This document shows, one piece after another, positions 28,556 through 36,831 of a DNA stretch of 64,000 bases; the stretch's first letter is position 1, and each line of letters opens with the position of its first letter. This stretch comes from Candidatus Multivorans sp. (GTDB taxonomy: Bacteria > Acidobacteriota > Thermoanaerobaculia > Multivoradales > Multivoraceae). Where the stretch lies: positions 2,880,001 to 2,944,000 of the forward strand of contig OZ251997.1 of the NCBI GenBank assembly GCA_965247095.1, in the 5' to 3' direction. Made by a program: the position numbers and the translations under genes. The notes below the pieces were generated by a model. That model searched no databases and was not told the DNA's origin. It was given only the letters and a program-made list of their open reading frames with translations.

Positions 28556-29869
28556 CTACCGGCACTCCGTCGACATCACTTCCGACTCGATGATGACGCC
28601 GCAGATGTGGCTCGTGTACTCGAAGGGGTCGCCGTCGAAGAGGGCGAGGTCGGCGTCCTTGCCGACCTCGATCGAGCCGACGCGGTCGTCGATGCCGAGG
28701 ATGCGGGCGGCGCTCAGGGTGATCGCTTCGAGCGCGCGCTCCCGGCCGAGGCCGTTGGCGGCGGCGATGGCGGCTTCCCACAGCAGGACGCGGGTCTTCG
28801 GGACGTAGCCCTCGAAACCGGTCTGGAGCGCGAAGGGGATGCCGGCGTCGGCGAGCTTGGCGGCGGTCTCGAAGGACCCGTTGCGCACCCGGCTCATCGT
28901 CGGGTGGAGGACGACGGGCACGCCGGCCTCGCGGATCTCGTCCAGCAGCAGGTAGGACTCGGCGGCGCCGTCGAGCACGAGGTCGAAGCCGAACTCGCTC
29001 TGCAGGCGCAGGGCGGCCGCGATCTCGGGCACGGTGTTGGCGGTGATCAGCAGCGACAGCTCGCCGTCGAGCACCTGGCCCAGGGCCTCCTTGGCGAGGT
29101 CGCGGGACGGCGGCTTCGGAGCGGGCTTGGCATCGCCGTCGTGGTGACCCTCGGAGTCCTCGTCGCCGTCATCGTCGTGTTCGCCATCGTCGTCGGCTGA
29201 CTCCGCTCCGGCTTCCTCCGCCTTGCGCATCTGCTCCAGGTACGCCTGGGCGCCAATGAAGGCGCCGCGCAGCATGGCCACGCCCTTGGATGACGTCCCC
29301 GGCGACTGGAAGTTGGAGGACACCGCGTTGCCGAGCGTCGAAGCGAGCATGCGCGCGGGCACGAGGGTTGCTTCATCGACGTTCCGGCCGCGGGTCTTGG
29401 CGATCATCGTCTGGCCGCTGATCAGGGCGCCGGGGCCGTGACCGGTGTGGAGCGTCGTGACCCCGTAGGAACGCACCCACTCGACCAGGGTCTCGTTCGC
29501 GTCGTAGGCGTCGATCGCCCGCAGATCGGGCTGGATCGGCGACGAGCGCTCGAGCTGGTCCTGGTCGCGCACCGGGCCGACGTTGCTGTTCAGCGCCCCC
29601 GAGAGGCCGACGACCGAGTGCGGGTCGACCAGGCCGGGGGTGACGACGGCGGCTTCCAGGACACGGGCGCCGTCGGGAATGTTCGCTTCGGCGGCCGGGC
29701 CGACCCATTCGATCTTGCCGTCGGCGCCGGCGATGACGACGGCGTTCTGGATCGGCGGCCCCGAGACGGTGTGCAGGGTCTCCGCCCGCACCGCCACCTG
29801 GGCGGCTGCCGGTCCGCCGGCCAGAGCCGCCACGGCGACGAGTAGCAGAGGCGTTCCGAGCCGCTTCAT
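28556..29869 (-). CDS. Amidohydrolase family protein (second of tandem pair)
   Basis: PGLVDPHS.VG, GVTT, GSIEVGKDADLALFDGDPF. Confidence 0.9.
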   Translation of the reverse strand: MKRLGTPLLLVAVAALAGGPAAAQVAVRAETLHTVSGPPIQNAVVIAGADGKIEWVGPAAEANIPDGARVLEAAVVTPGLVDPHSVVGLSGALNSNVGPVRDQDQLERSSPIQPDLRAIDAYDANETLVEWVRSYGVTTLHTGHGPGALISGQTMIAKTRGRNVDEATLVPARMLASTLGNAVSSNFQSPGTSSKGVAMLRGAFIGAQAYLEQMRKAEEAGAESADDDGEHDDDGDEDSEGHHDGDAKPAPKPPSRDLAKEALGQVLDGELSLLITANTVPEIAAALRLQSEFGFDLVLDGAAESYLLLDEIREAGVPVVLHPTMSRVRNGSFETAAKLADAGIPFALQTGFEGYVPKTRVLLWEAAIAAANGLGRERALEAITLSAARILGIDDRVGSIEVGKDADLALFDGDPFEYTSHICGVIIESEVMSTECR

Positions 29870-31227
29870 CGGGTCTCTCCCGTCTCTCCGGACAGCAACT
29901 GCCGGATCATGTGTTCTTCCTCGGCCGTGGTGCGGTAGACCTTGTAGCCCCCGACCGCGTACTTGCGGTGGTCCGGGTTCGAGCGGTCGTAGATCATCGT
30001 CCCCTCGACCCAGGTCTGTTCGACCTTCGAGTAGACGCTGAGGGGGTCGCCCGAGAGCACGACGAAATCGGCGTCCTTGCCGGCTTCGAGCGAGCCGATC
30101 CGGTCTTCGAGACCGAGCATCCGAGCCGGCGCCAGGGTCAGCGCCTCGAGCGCCTTCTCGCGCGACATGCCGTAGCGGACGGCGATTGCGGCGGCCCGGA
30201 ACAGGAGCCGCGAGTCGGTCACCGAGTCGTCCGTGTTGAAGGCGACGTCGACACCGGCACGTTCCAGAATCGCCCCCATCTCCATGTTCCAGTCGATCAC
30301 CTCTTCCTTGCCGCCCGGAGAGTCGATCCAGGTGATCGAAACCGGCACGCCGGCCGCGGCGAGTTCCTCGGCGACCTTCCAGGACTCGGTGCCGTGCTGG
30401 ACGACGACCCGGAACCCGAACTCCTCCTTGAGCCGCAGCACGGTGGCGATGTCGTTGTGGCGGTGGGTGTGGTGCTGGACGATCCGGTCGCCCGCGAGCA
30501 CCTGGGCCAGCGCCTCCATGCGCAGGTCGCGCTTGGCGGGAGCGCCGTTTCCGTCGTCGTCATCGTCACCATCAGCCGTTTCGGCCATCTTCTCCACGTA
30601 GGCAACCGCCTCGTGGTAGAGGTTGCGGACCAGGGCCGCCGACTTCGAGCGCGTGCCGGGGAAGGGTGGCTGGCCGATCGAGTTCGTGCCGTTGGCCATC
30701 TTCATGCCGCCGCAGATGCCGGTGAGCGGATCGTCGCAATACAGCCAGTCCTCGATCGTGCGGGCGCCGTCGCGGAGCTTCACGTAGGCGGTCTGTCCGG
30801 ACATGAGATGCCCGGAGCCGGACATCATGTTGAGCGTCGTGATGCCGCCGGCGCGTGCGCGCCAGACGCTGTCGGCGGCGACGTCGATCGAGTCGAGGTT
30901 CCGCACCTCGGGGTGGAGCGGCGACGACCGGTCTCCGCCCGAAACCGAGCCGACGTGGGAGTGGGTGTCGACGAGGCCTGGCATCAGCACCTTGCCGGAG
31001 AGGTCGTGCTCGACCGCACGCCGGGGCGCGCGGGTGTCGGGGCCGCCGACGTCTGTGATCTTGCCGCCCTGGACGACCAGGACCCCGGATTCGATCGGCG
31101 GTCCGGCGATGGGCAGGATCTGCGCGCCGCGGAAGACGTGGGGCTCCTCCTGGGCCGCCGCTGGCAGCGCGACGTAGAGCGCGGCCAGGGCCAGGATGAG
31201 CGTGAACGGACGGGTACGTTTTCTCAT
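29866..31227 (-). CDS. Amidohydrolase family protein (first of tandem pair)
   Basis: PGLVDTHSH, KMANGTN, HHTHR, HGTE, NTDD, GSLEAGKDADFV. Confidence 0.9.
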   Translation of the reverse strand: MRKRTRPFTLILALAALYVALPAAAQEEPHVFRGAQILPIAGPPIESGVLVVQGGKITDVGGPDTRAPRRAVEHDLSGKVLMPGLVDTHSHVGSVSGGDRSSPLHPEVRNLDSIDVAADSVWRARAGGITTLNMMSGSGHLMSGQTAYVKLRDGARTIEDWLYCDDPLTGICGGMKMANGTNSIGQPPFPGTRSKSAALVRNLYHEAVAYVEKMAETADGDDDDDGNGAPAKRDLRMEALAQVLAGDRIVQHHTHRHNDIATVLRLKEEFGFRVVVQHGTESWKVAEELAAAGVPVSITWIDSPGGKEEVIDWNMEMGAILERAGVDVAFNTDDSVTDSRLLFRAAAIAVRYGMSREKALEALTLAPARMLGLEDRIGSLEAGKDADFVVLSGDPLSVYSKVEQTWVEGTMIYDRSNPDHRKYAVGGYKVYRTTAEEEHMIRQLLSGETGETR

Positions 31228-31275
31228 GCAGGTTCCTCGAAGGGCGGGACTGCCCGGTGCGGCGCTAGGGAGCTT

Positions 31276-31427
31276 GCGCGGTAGAACGATCTGACCTGGG
31301 AACCCGTGTGGCGCGACCCGCGCCACACGCGAACCACTCGTGCGCCCGTCATCGGGCGCACGAGTGGCACGCGGGCATCCTGCCCGCATCCGGCGCGAAG
31401 CGCCGGTCTCCGGTCGTTCTGCGGCGC
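31276..31427 (+). mobile_element. Second full-length composite REP/MITE-like element
   Basis: Colinear with 12140-12292; imperfect terminal repeats GCGCGGTAGAAC / GTTCTGCGGCGC. Confidence 0.85.
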
Positions 31428-32575
31428 TAGCGCCTGAAGGACGGATCAAGATCGATACGGTACACCGCTTCGCGCGGGGCGCCGCCGTCTCGGGGGCTCC
31501 AGAGCACGTGCACGGCGATCTGGTCGCCGCGCGGGCGCCAAGTCAGGTCGCCGACGTAGGTGTGCCCCAGGCTGTGGTCGGAGTTCGGGTCGTTGAAGAA
31601 CGTCAGCCGGCGCTTGTTCGAGCCGTCGGCATCCATCAGCCACAGTTCGCGGCGGGCGGTAGGCGGCAGCGACTGGCCGGGCTCGGTGCCGCGGATCTCG
31701 GCGTTCGAGGTGAAGGCGAGGTGTCGGCCCGTGGGCGACAGGCGGACGTACTCCTCGACGCCGCCGCGGGAATGCGTGAGGCGCTCGGGCTCGCCGCCGT
31801 CAAGGCTGAGCCTGTAGAGGTCGAGGGTGTCGGGCGACTGCCCGGGTTCGAGGTTCGCGGCCACCAGGGCGCCCCGGTCGTCGGGCGTGTAGCCCTGGGG
31901 AACGATCAGTGCATCGGCGGGCGCGGAGTGGGACCTGATCTGCTTCAGCTTCGCGATACCGACACGGTTGACCTGAAGGCGGCCGCTGCGCAGTCGCCAG
32001 GCGCCGTAGCGCCCCTTGCGTGCCCTGATCCGCTCGCTCCAGAGCAGACGCTCGCCGTCGAAGGAGAAGTGCGGATCGAGCACCGCCTTGCCGTTGTCGC
32101 CGAACCGGGTCAGCAGCGTGAAGTGTTTGCCCTTGCGGTCGATGTCGTAGAGCTCGCTGTGCAGCGCCCGGTCGGGGGTCAGAAGCTGCAGCGGATCGGC
32201 GACGAACTTGAGCCGCTTGGGGTGGCTCTGGACCTGAACGATCAGCCGCTCGCCCGAGGGGTGCCACACGGGGTTGACCACGTTGTCCTTGCGGAACTCG
32301 TACATCTCGCAGGTCAGGCAGCGCTCCGCGAGCCGGTCGGTGGAGGTCACGTAGACGTCGTATCGGCCGTCGGTTCCGGCCTTGTCGTAGGCCAGCCACT
32401 CACCCTGGCGGGACCAGTCGACGCGGGCGCCGCCTTCGATCCAGCGCTCGATGCGGACCACTTCCAGGGCTTCAGGATCGGCGCCGGCCGCGGATGCGGC
32501 GGTGATGGCGAGAGCAGCCGTCAGGCATGGAATCAGTGCCAGCATGGAGTGCCTGCGCGCGAACGCTCCGACCAT
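31427..32575 (-). CDS. TolB-like (PD40) beta-propeller protein
   Basis: Signal peptide; P.WHPSG, PHFSFDG, LSPTGRHLAFTS, LWLMDADGSNKRRLT. Confidence 0.8.
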   Translation of the reverse strand: MVGAFARRHSMLALIPCLTAALAITAASAAGADPEALEVVRIERWIEGGARVDWSRQGEWLAYDKAGTDGRYDVYVTSTDRLAERCLTCEMYEFRKDNVVNPVWHPSGERLIVQVQSHPKRLKFVADPLQLLTPDRALHSELYDIDRKGKHFTLLTRFGDNGKAVLDPHFSFDGERLLWSERIRARKGRYGAWRLRSGRLQVNRVGIAKLKQIRSHSAPADALIVPQGYTPDDRGALVAANLEPGQSPDTLDLYRLSLDGGEPERLTHSRGGVEEYVRLSPTGRHLAFTSNAEIRGTEPGQSLPPTARRELWLMDADGSNKRRLTFFNDPNSDHSLGHTYVGDLTWRPRGDQIAVHVLWSPRDGGAPREAVYRIDLDPSFRR

Positions 32576-32627
32576 CGGATGCAGACTACCAGCGCTGCGG
32601 TCGCGGGCTGCTAGCGTCCTCTTCCTG

Positions 32628-33770
32628 ATGCGCCGGTTCGCGGCACCTGCCCTCATCGCTCTTTGGATCGTCGGCTCGGCGCCTTTCCTGGGTCGGCTCA
32701 CCCAGTGGGTTCGAGAGGAGCTCGACCGATCCCTCCTCGTCATCGTGCCGACGATCCTGTTCTGGATCGCGGCGGCTGCGTTCGTGGTCTGGGTTGTCCG
32801 TTCCGCCCGCCAACTGCGCTGGTCCAACTACGCCGCCCTCGCCGTGGGGGCGCTCTGGGCCGTGGCCCAGGCGACCGCCCTCGCCCGCGGCCGCCCCGAA
32901 GAGTCCGCGCTCGAGCGGATGCACCTGGTGCTCTACGGGTTGGTGGCGTTGCTGCTCTACCGCGCCCTGCTGCGCGCCGGCCGGGCGGCACTCGCCGCCG
33001 CGGTCGTCGCCGCGGTCGTGACCGCACTGGTGGGCGTCGCGGACGAATTCGTACAGTGGCTGGTCTGGCTCCGTGTCGGCGACGTGTACGACGTCCTGCT
33101 CAACGCTTCCGCCGCCGGCTGCGGCGTCGTGTTCGGCGTGGGGTTGTTCGGGTTCGACGATGCGGCGCCCAGCCGCGCCGAGCTACGGGGTGTCGGTGTG
33201 TTGTGGTCCTTCCTCGTCCTGGCGTCGGCCGGCTTGCTGGAACTGACCAACCTCGGCCACGTGATCGAAGATCCCGAACTCGGCCGGTTCCGCAGCCACT
33301 ACAGCGCCGAGCGCCTGGAGCGTCTGAACGAGAACCGCCGTGCGCGCTGGGCAACCAGCCTGCCGCCGATGCGGTCGGCTTTTCAGCCCTGGCACATTGA
33401 GGACCACTTCCTCTCCGAGGCCGCCTGGCACGTTCAGATTCGCGAGGAGGCGTACCGGGCTGAGGATTTGCCGACGGCGGCTGCCGAGCAGGCGATCCTG
33501 AGCCGCTACTACCCGGCCGTACTGGAACTGGTGACGCCCGACGGCACTCTCCGCTACCCCTTTCAACCGGAGAAGGTCCTGCGCTTGGAGGAAGAGGGAG
33601 CGGTCCCGGTACCGACCTACGAAAGCCCCGCCGGCGGCAGCAGGATCTGGATCTGGCCCAGACGCTACACATGGTTGGCGTGTGCTGGCTTGCTTCTCCC
33701 CTTGAGCCTGATCTTGTACTTCGATCCGAAGACTCGGGAGGCGCGTCGAGAAGAACGGGGCCGCCGCTAG
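32628..33770 (+). CDS. VanZ-like membrane protein with C-terminal extracytoplasmic domain
   Basis: ERMHLVLYG...GVADEFVQW...RVGDVYDVLLN. Confidence 0.75.
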   Translation: MRRFAAPALIALWIVGSAPFLGRLTQWVREELDRSLLVIVPTILFWIAAAAFVVWVVRSARQLRWSNYAALAVGALWAVAQATALARGRPEESALERMHLVLYGLVALLLYRALLRAGRAALAAAVVAAVVTALVGVADEFVQWLVWLRVGDVYDVLLNASAAGCGVVFGVGLFGFDDAAPSRAELRGVGVLWSFLVLASAGLLELTNLGHVIEDPELGRFRSHYSAERLERLNENRRARWATSLPPMRSAFQPWHIEDHFLSEAAWHVQIREEAYRAEDLPTAAAEQAILSRYYPAVLELVTPDGTLRYPFQPEKVLRLEEEGAVPVPTYESPAGGSRIWIWPRRYTWLACAGLLLPLSLILYFDPKTREARREERGRR

Positions 33771-33777
33771 CGCCGCC

Positions 33778-34887
33778 TCAGTCGCAGCCCTCGCGGGTCT
33801 CCTCGATCAGGCCGTCGACGACGGCGTTCAGGTCGCCCTCTTCGGCGCGGCGCAACTGGCGGTCGGCGCTGGTGCCCTCGGCGAGGATCGTGTGGACGTA
33901 CTCGGCTTCCTTGCGGATGCCGAGTTCGTCCAGCACGTCGTCGACGAACTCGAGCAACTCCAGGGTCAGGAAGCGCAGCGGGACCTCCTCGGCCTTGCCG
34001 AAGTCGATCATCTTGCCGTCGATGCCGTAGCGCATGGCCCGCCACTTGTTCTCGTAGAGCAGGTGCCGGGGGTACCGGCGCCAGGCCTGGTTGTCGCGGC
34101 GCAGGCGGATCAGCTTGCCGACGATCGCCATGAACAACGCGGTCAGGCAGAGCGCCTCCTCGATCTTCGTGCAGACGTCGCAGACCCGGAACTCGATGGT
34201 CGGGAACTTGGGGTGCGGCCGGACGTCCCACCAGATCTGGGTCGGCTCCTCGATGCACTTCGTCTTCACGAGGACATTCACGAGGCGCTCGTACTCGGCG
34301 TAGGAACGGAACGAGGGCGGCAGGCCGGAGCGGGGCAGGCTTTCGAAGACCACCGAGCGATAAGACTTGAGCCCCGTCTTCCGCCCCTGCCAGAACGGTG
34401 AGCTAGTCGACAGGGCGAGCAGGTGGGGCAGGAAGTAGAGGGACTGGTCCATCACGTCGATCCGCAGATCCCGTTCCGGCACGCCGACGTGGACGTGCAT
34501 GCCGAAGATCAGCATGCGCCGCGCGACATCGCCGAAGCTCTCCTGCATCTTGATGTAGCGCTGGGCCTCGGTGACGTCCTGCTCCTGCCATGCGGAGAAC
34601 GGATGGCTGCTGGCGGCGGCGATGCACAGGCCGTTGTTGGCCGCCAGCTCGGCGACCCTTCGCCGCAGCCGGATCAGTTCCTGTCGCGCTTCGCCGATCG
34701 TCCTGCAGACCTCGCTGCCGACCTCGACCTGGCACTGGAGCTGCTCGGCCTTGATCTGCTCCTGGAGCACGATTTGACCCTGTTCCAGGAACTTCTGGAT
34801 GAAGGGCTTCAGTTCGCGGCTCTCCGGGTCGATGATCTGGTACTCCTCTTCGATGCCGATCGTGAGCTCGGGGAGCTTCGTCTTCAT
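33778..34887 (-). CDS. ybdK: Carboxylate-amine ligase (GCS2 / YbdK family)
   Basis: TIGIEEEYQ, FGMHVHVG, ALSTSSPFW.G, WWDVRPHP.FPTIEFRVCD, ENKWRA.RYG. Confidence 0.92.
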   Translation of the reverse strand: MKTKLPELTIGIEEEYQIIDPESRELKPFIQKFLEQGQIVLQEQIKAEQLQCQVEVGSEVCRTIGEARQELIRLRRRVAELAANNGLCIAAASSHPFSAWQEQDVTEAQRYIKMQESFGDVARRMLIFGMHVHVGVPERDLRIDVMDQSLYFLPHLLALSTSSPFWQGRKTGLKSYRSVVFESLPRSGLPPSFRSYAEYERLVNVLVKTKCIEEPTQIWWDVRPHPKFPTIEFRVCDVCTKIEEALCLTALFMAIVGKLIRLRRDNQAWRRYPRHLLYENKWRAMRYGIDGKMIDFGKAEEVPLRFLTLELLEFVDDVLDELGIRKEAEYVHTILAEGTSADRQLRRAEEGDLNAVVDGLIEETREGCD

Positions 34888-34970
34888 GCGTCTTCTCCGG
34901 GAAAGGGGAAGCAGTTTCGTTGCGGGACCAATCAATCGTATCCGGCTGCTCTGATACCCTGCGCGCTGCC

Positions 34971-36758
34971 ATGAGCCGGCTCGCGACCACTGCCTCGCGT
35001 GCGCTCGCTCGCGGCCTGATTGCCGTTCTCGTTGCTGCCGCGGTCCTGCTTGGACCCGCCTGCGGAGGGACTGGGGGGGCGCCTTCAGACGACGCTTCCT
35101 CCTCGTCCTGGGACTTCTACGGTCGGGCAAAGGCAGCGGAGGGGCAGGACGGCATGGTCTCGAGCGGCCACGGTCTGGCGTCCGACACCGGCGCCCGTGT
35201 CCTGGAACGGGGCGGCAACGCGGTCGACGCCGCGGTCGCGGTGGGCTTTGCCCTGGCGGCGGCGCTGCCGGCGGCGGGGAACATCGGCGGCGGCGGCTTC
35301 CTGGTCTATCGGTCGAACGAGGGCGAGGTCCGGGCGCTCGACTACCGCGAGAAAGCGCCGGGGGCGGCGACCCGCGACATGTTCCTCGACGACGGCGGCC
35401 AGGTCGCGGAGAGCGCGGTGATCGGCCATCTTGCGGCCGGCGTGCCCGGATCCGTGGCCGGGTTGTGGGAGATGCACCAGCAGTACGGCTCCATGCCCTG
35501 GGCCGACCTGGTCGCGCCGGCGATCGAGTTGGCGCGCGGCCACGAGGTCGACGAGGTCCGGTCGCGGAGCCTGGCGTCGGCGGCCGAACGGCTCAACCGG
35601 TTCCCGGCCAGCGCCGAACAGTTCCTCCAGGGTGGCGAGGCGCCGGCGCCGGGGACGCTCCTGGAGCAGCCCGACCTGGCGGCGACCCTGACGGCGATCG
35701 CCGAGCAGGGACCGGACGGTTTCTACCGGGGCCCGGTCGCCGACCTGATCGTGGCCGAGATGGAGAAGGGCGGAGGCCTCATCTCGCATCAGGATCTCGC
35801 CGACTACGCGCCGGCCTGGCGGGCGCCGGTCGAGGTCGAGTACCGCGGCCACACGATCTACTCGATGCCGCCGGTCTCGTCCGGCGGTCTGACCCTGGGC
35901 CTGATCCTGAACGTGCTGGAAGGCTGGGATTCCCTGCCTCCGTTCGGCAGCGCCGAACTGATCCACCTGGAGGCCGAGACGATGCGACTCGCGTTCCGTG
36001 ACCGCAACACGTTGCTCGGCGACCCGGACTTCGTCGACGTGCCGCGGGCGCAGTTCGAGTCCCAGGACTACGCCGACGGGCTGCGGGTGGAGATCGATCC
36101 CGAGCAGGCAACGCCCCTGCCGCCCCTTGAGATCGCGCCGCCGGCTGAGAGCACCGAAACGACCCACTACTCCGTGGTCGATCGCTGGGGCAATGCGGCC
36201 TCGATCACCACGACGATCAACAGCGGCTACGGCAACGCGGTCGTCGTCACCGGCGCCGGGTTCCTGCTCAACAACGAGATGGACGACTTCGCCGCCTCGC
36301 CGGGCCAGCCGAACCAGTTCGGGCTGGTCGAGGGCGAGAACAACGCGATCGTCCCCGGCAAGCGAATGCTGTCGTCGATGACCCCGAGCATCGTCCTCGA
36401 CCCGGATGGCGATCTGATGATGGTCGTCGGCACGCCCGGTGGTCCGACGATCATCACCACCGTCTACCATGTGATCTCGAACGTGATCGACCACCGCATG
36501 ACCCTGCAGCAGGCGGTCGAGAGCCCGCGGGTGCATCATCAGGCGTGGCCCGACAAGATCTTCTACGAGCAGGGCGGCCTTTCCGCCGCGACACTCGAGG
36601 GTCTGGCCGCGCGCGGCCACGAACCGTTCGAACGCGGCTTGAGCGGCGACGTGTCGGCGATCCGCGTCAGGGAAGAGGCGCTCGTCGGTGTCGCCGATCC
36701 GCGGCGGGGAGGCGGCGTCAGCGCGCCGCGGGGAGACGCGCCCGCGGGAGTCGAGTGA
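34971..36758 (+). CDS. ggt: Gamma-glutamyltransferase
   Basis: GGNAVDAAVA, GNIGGGGF, ETTHYSVVD, LNNEMDDF, MLSSMTP, GTPGG. Confidence 0.96.
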   Translation: MSRLATTASRALARGLIAVLVAAAVLLGPACGGTGGAPSDDASSSSWDFYGRAKAAEGQDGMVSSGHGLASDTGARVLERGGNAVDAAVAVGFALAAALPAAGNIGGGGFLVYRSNEGEVRALDYREKAPGAATRDMFLDDGGQVAESAVIGHLAAGVPGSVAGLWEMHQQYGSMPWADLVAPAIELARGHEVDEVRSRSLASAAERLNRFPASAEQFLQGGEAPAPGTLLEQPDLAATLTAIAEQGPDGFYRGPVADLIVAEMEKGGGLISHQDLADYAPAWRAPVEVEYRGHTIYSMPPVSSGGLTLGLILNVLEGWDSLPPFGSAELIHLEAETMRLAFRDRNTLLGDPDFVDVPRAQFESQDYADGLRVEIDPEQATPLPPLEIAPPAESTETTHYSVVDRWGNAASITTTINSGYGNAVVVTGAGFLLNNEMDDFAASPGQPNQFGLVEGENNAIVPGKRMLSSMTPSIVLDPDGDLMMVVGTPGGPTIITTVYHVISNVIDHRMTLQQAVESPRVHHQAWPDKIFYEQGGLSAATLEGLAARGHEPFERGLSGDVSAIRVREEALVGVADPRRGGGVSAPRGDAPAGVE

Positions 36759-36768
36759 CGGGCCGCAC

Positions 36769-36831
36769 ATGAACGGCCGGCGCATCTTCGCCGCGGTGAC
36801 GTCACGTCGCGTCGGCATCGACATCTCATGA
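36769..36831 (+). other. 20-codon mini-ORF duplicating the MFS N-terminus
   Basis: MNGRRIFAAVTSRRVGIDIS* versus MNGRRIFAAVTVGHLGIDIF; its TGA overlaps the ATG at 36828. Confidence 0.75.

Noticed and set aside
31228-31449. REP-derived N-terminal extensions of ORFs 29866..31449, 19062..20528 and 12292..13836
   Set aside because: Open frames through GC-rich palindromes; better starts or homologous sequence begin downstream.
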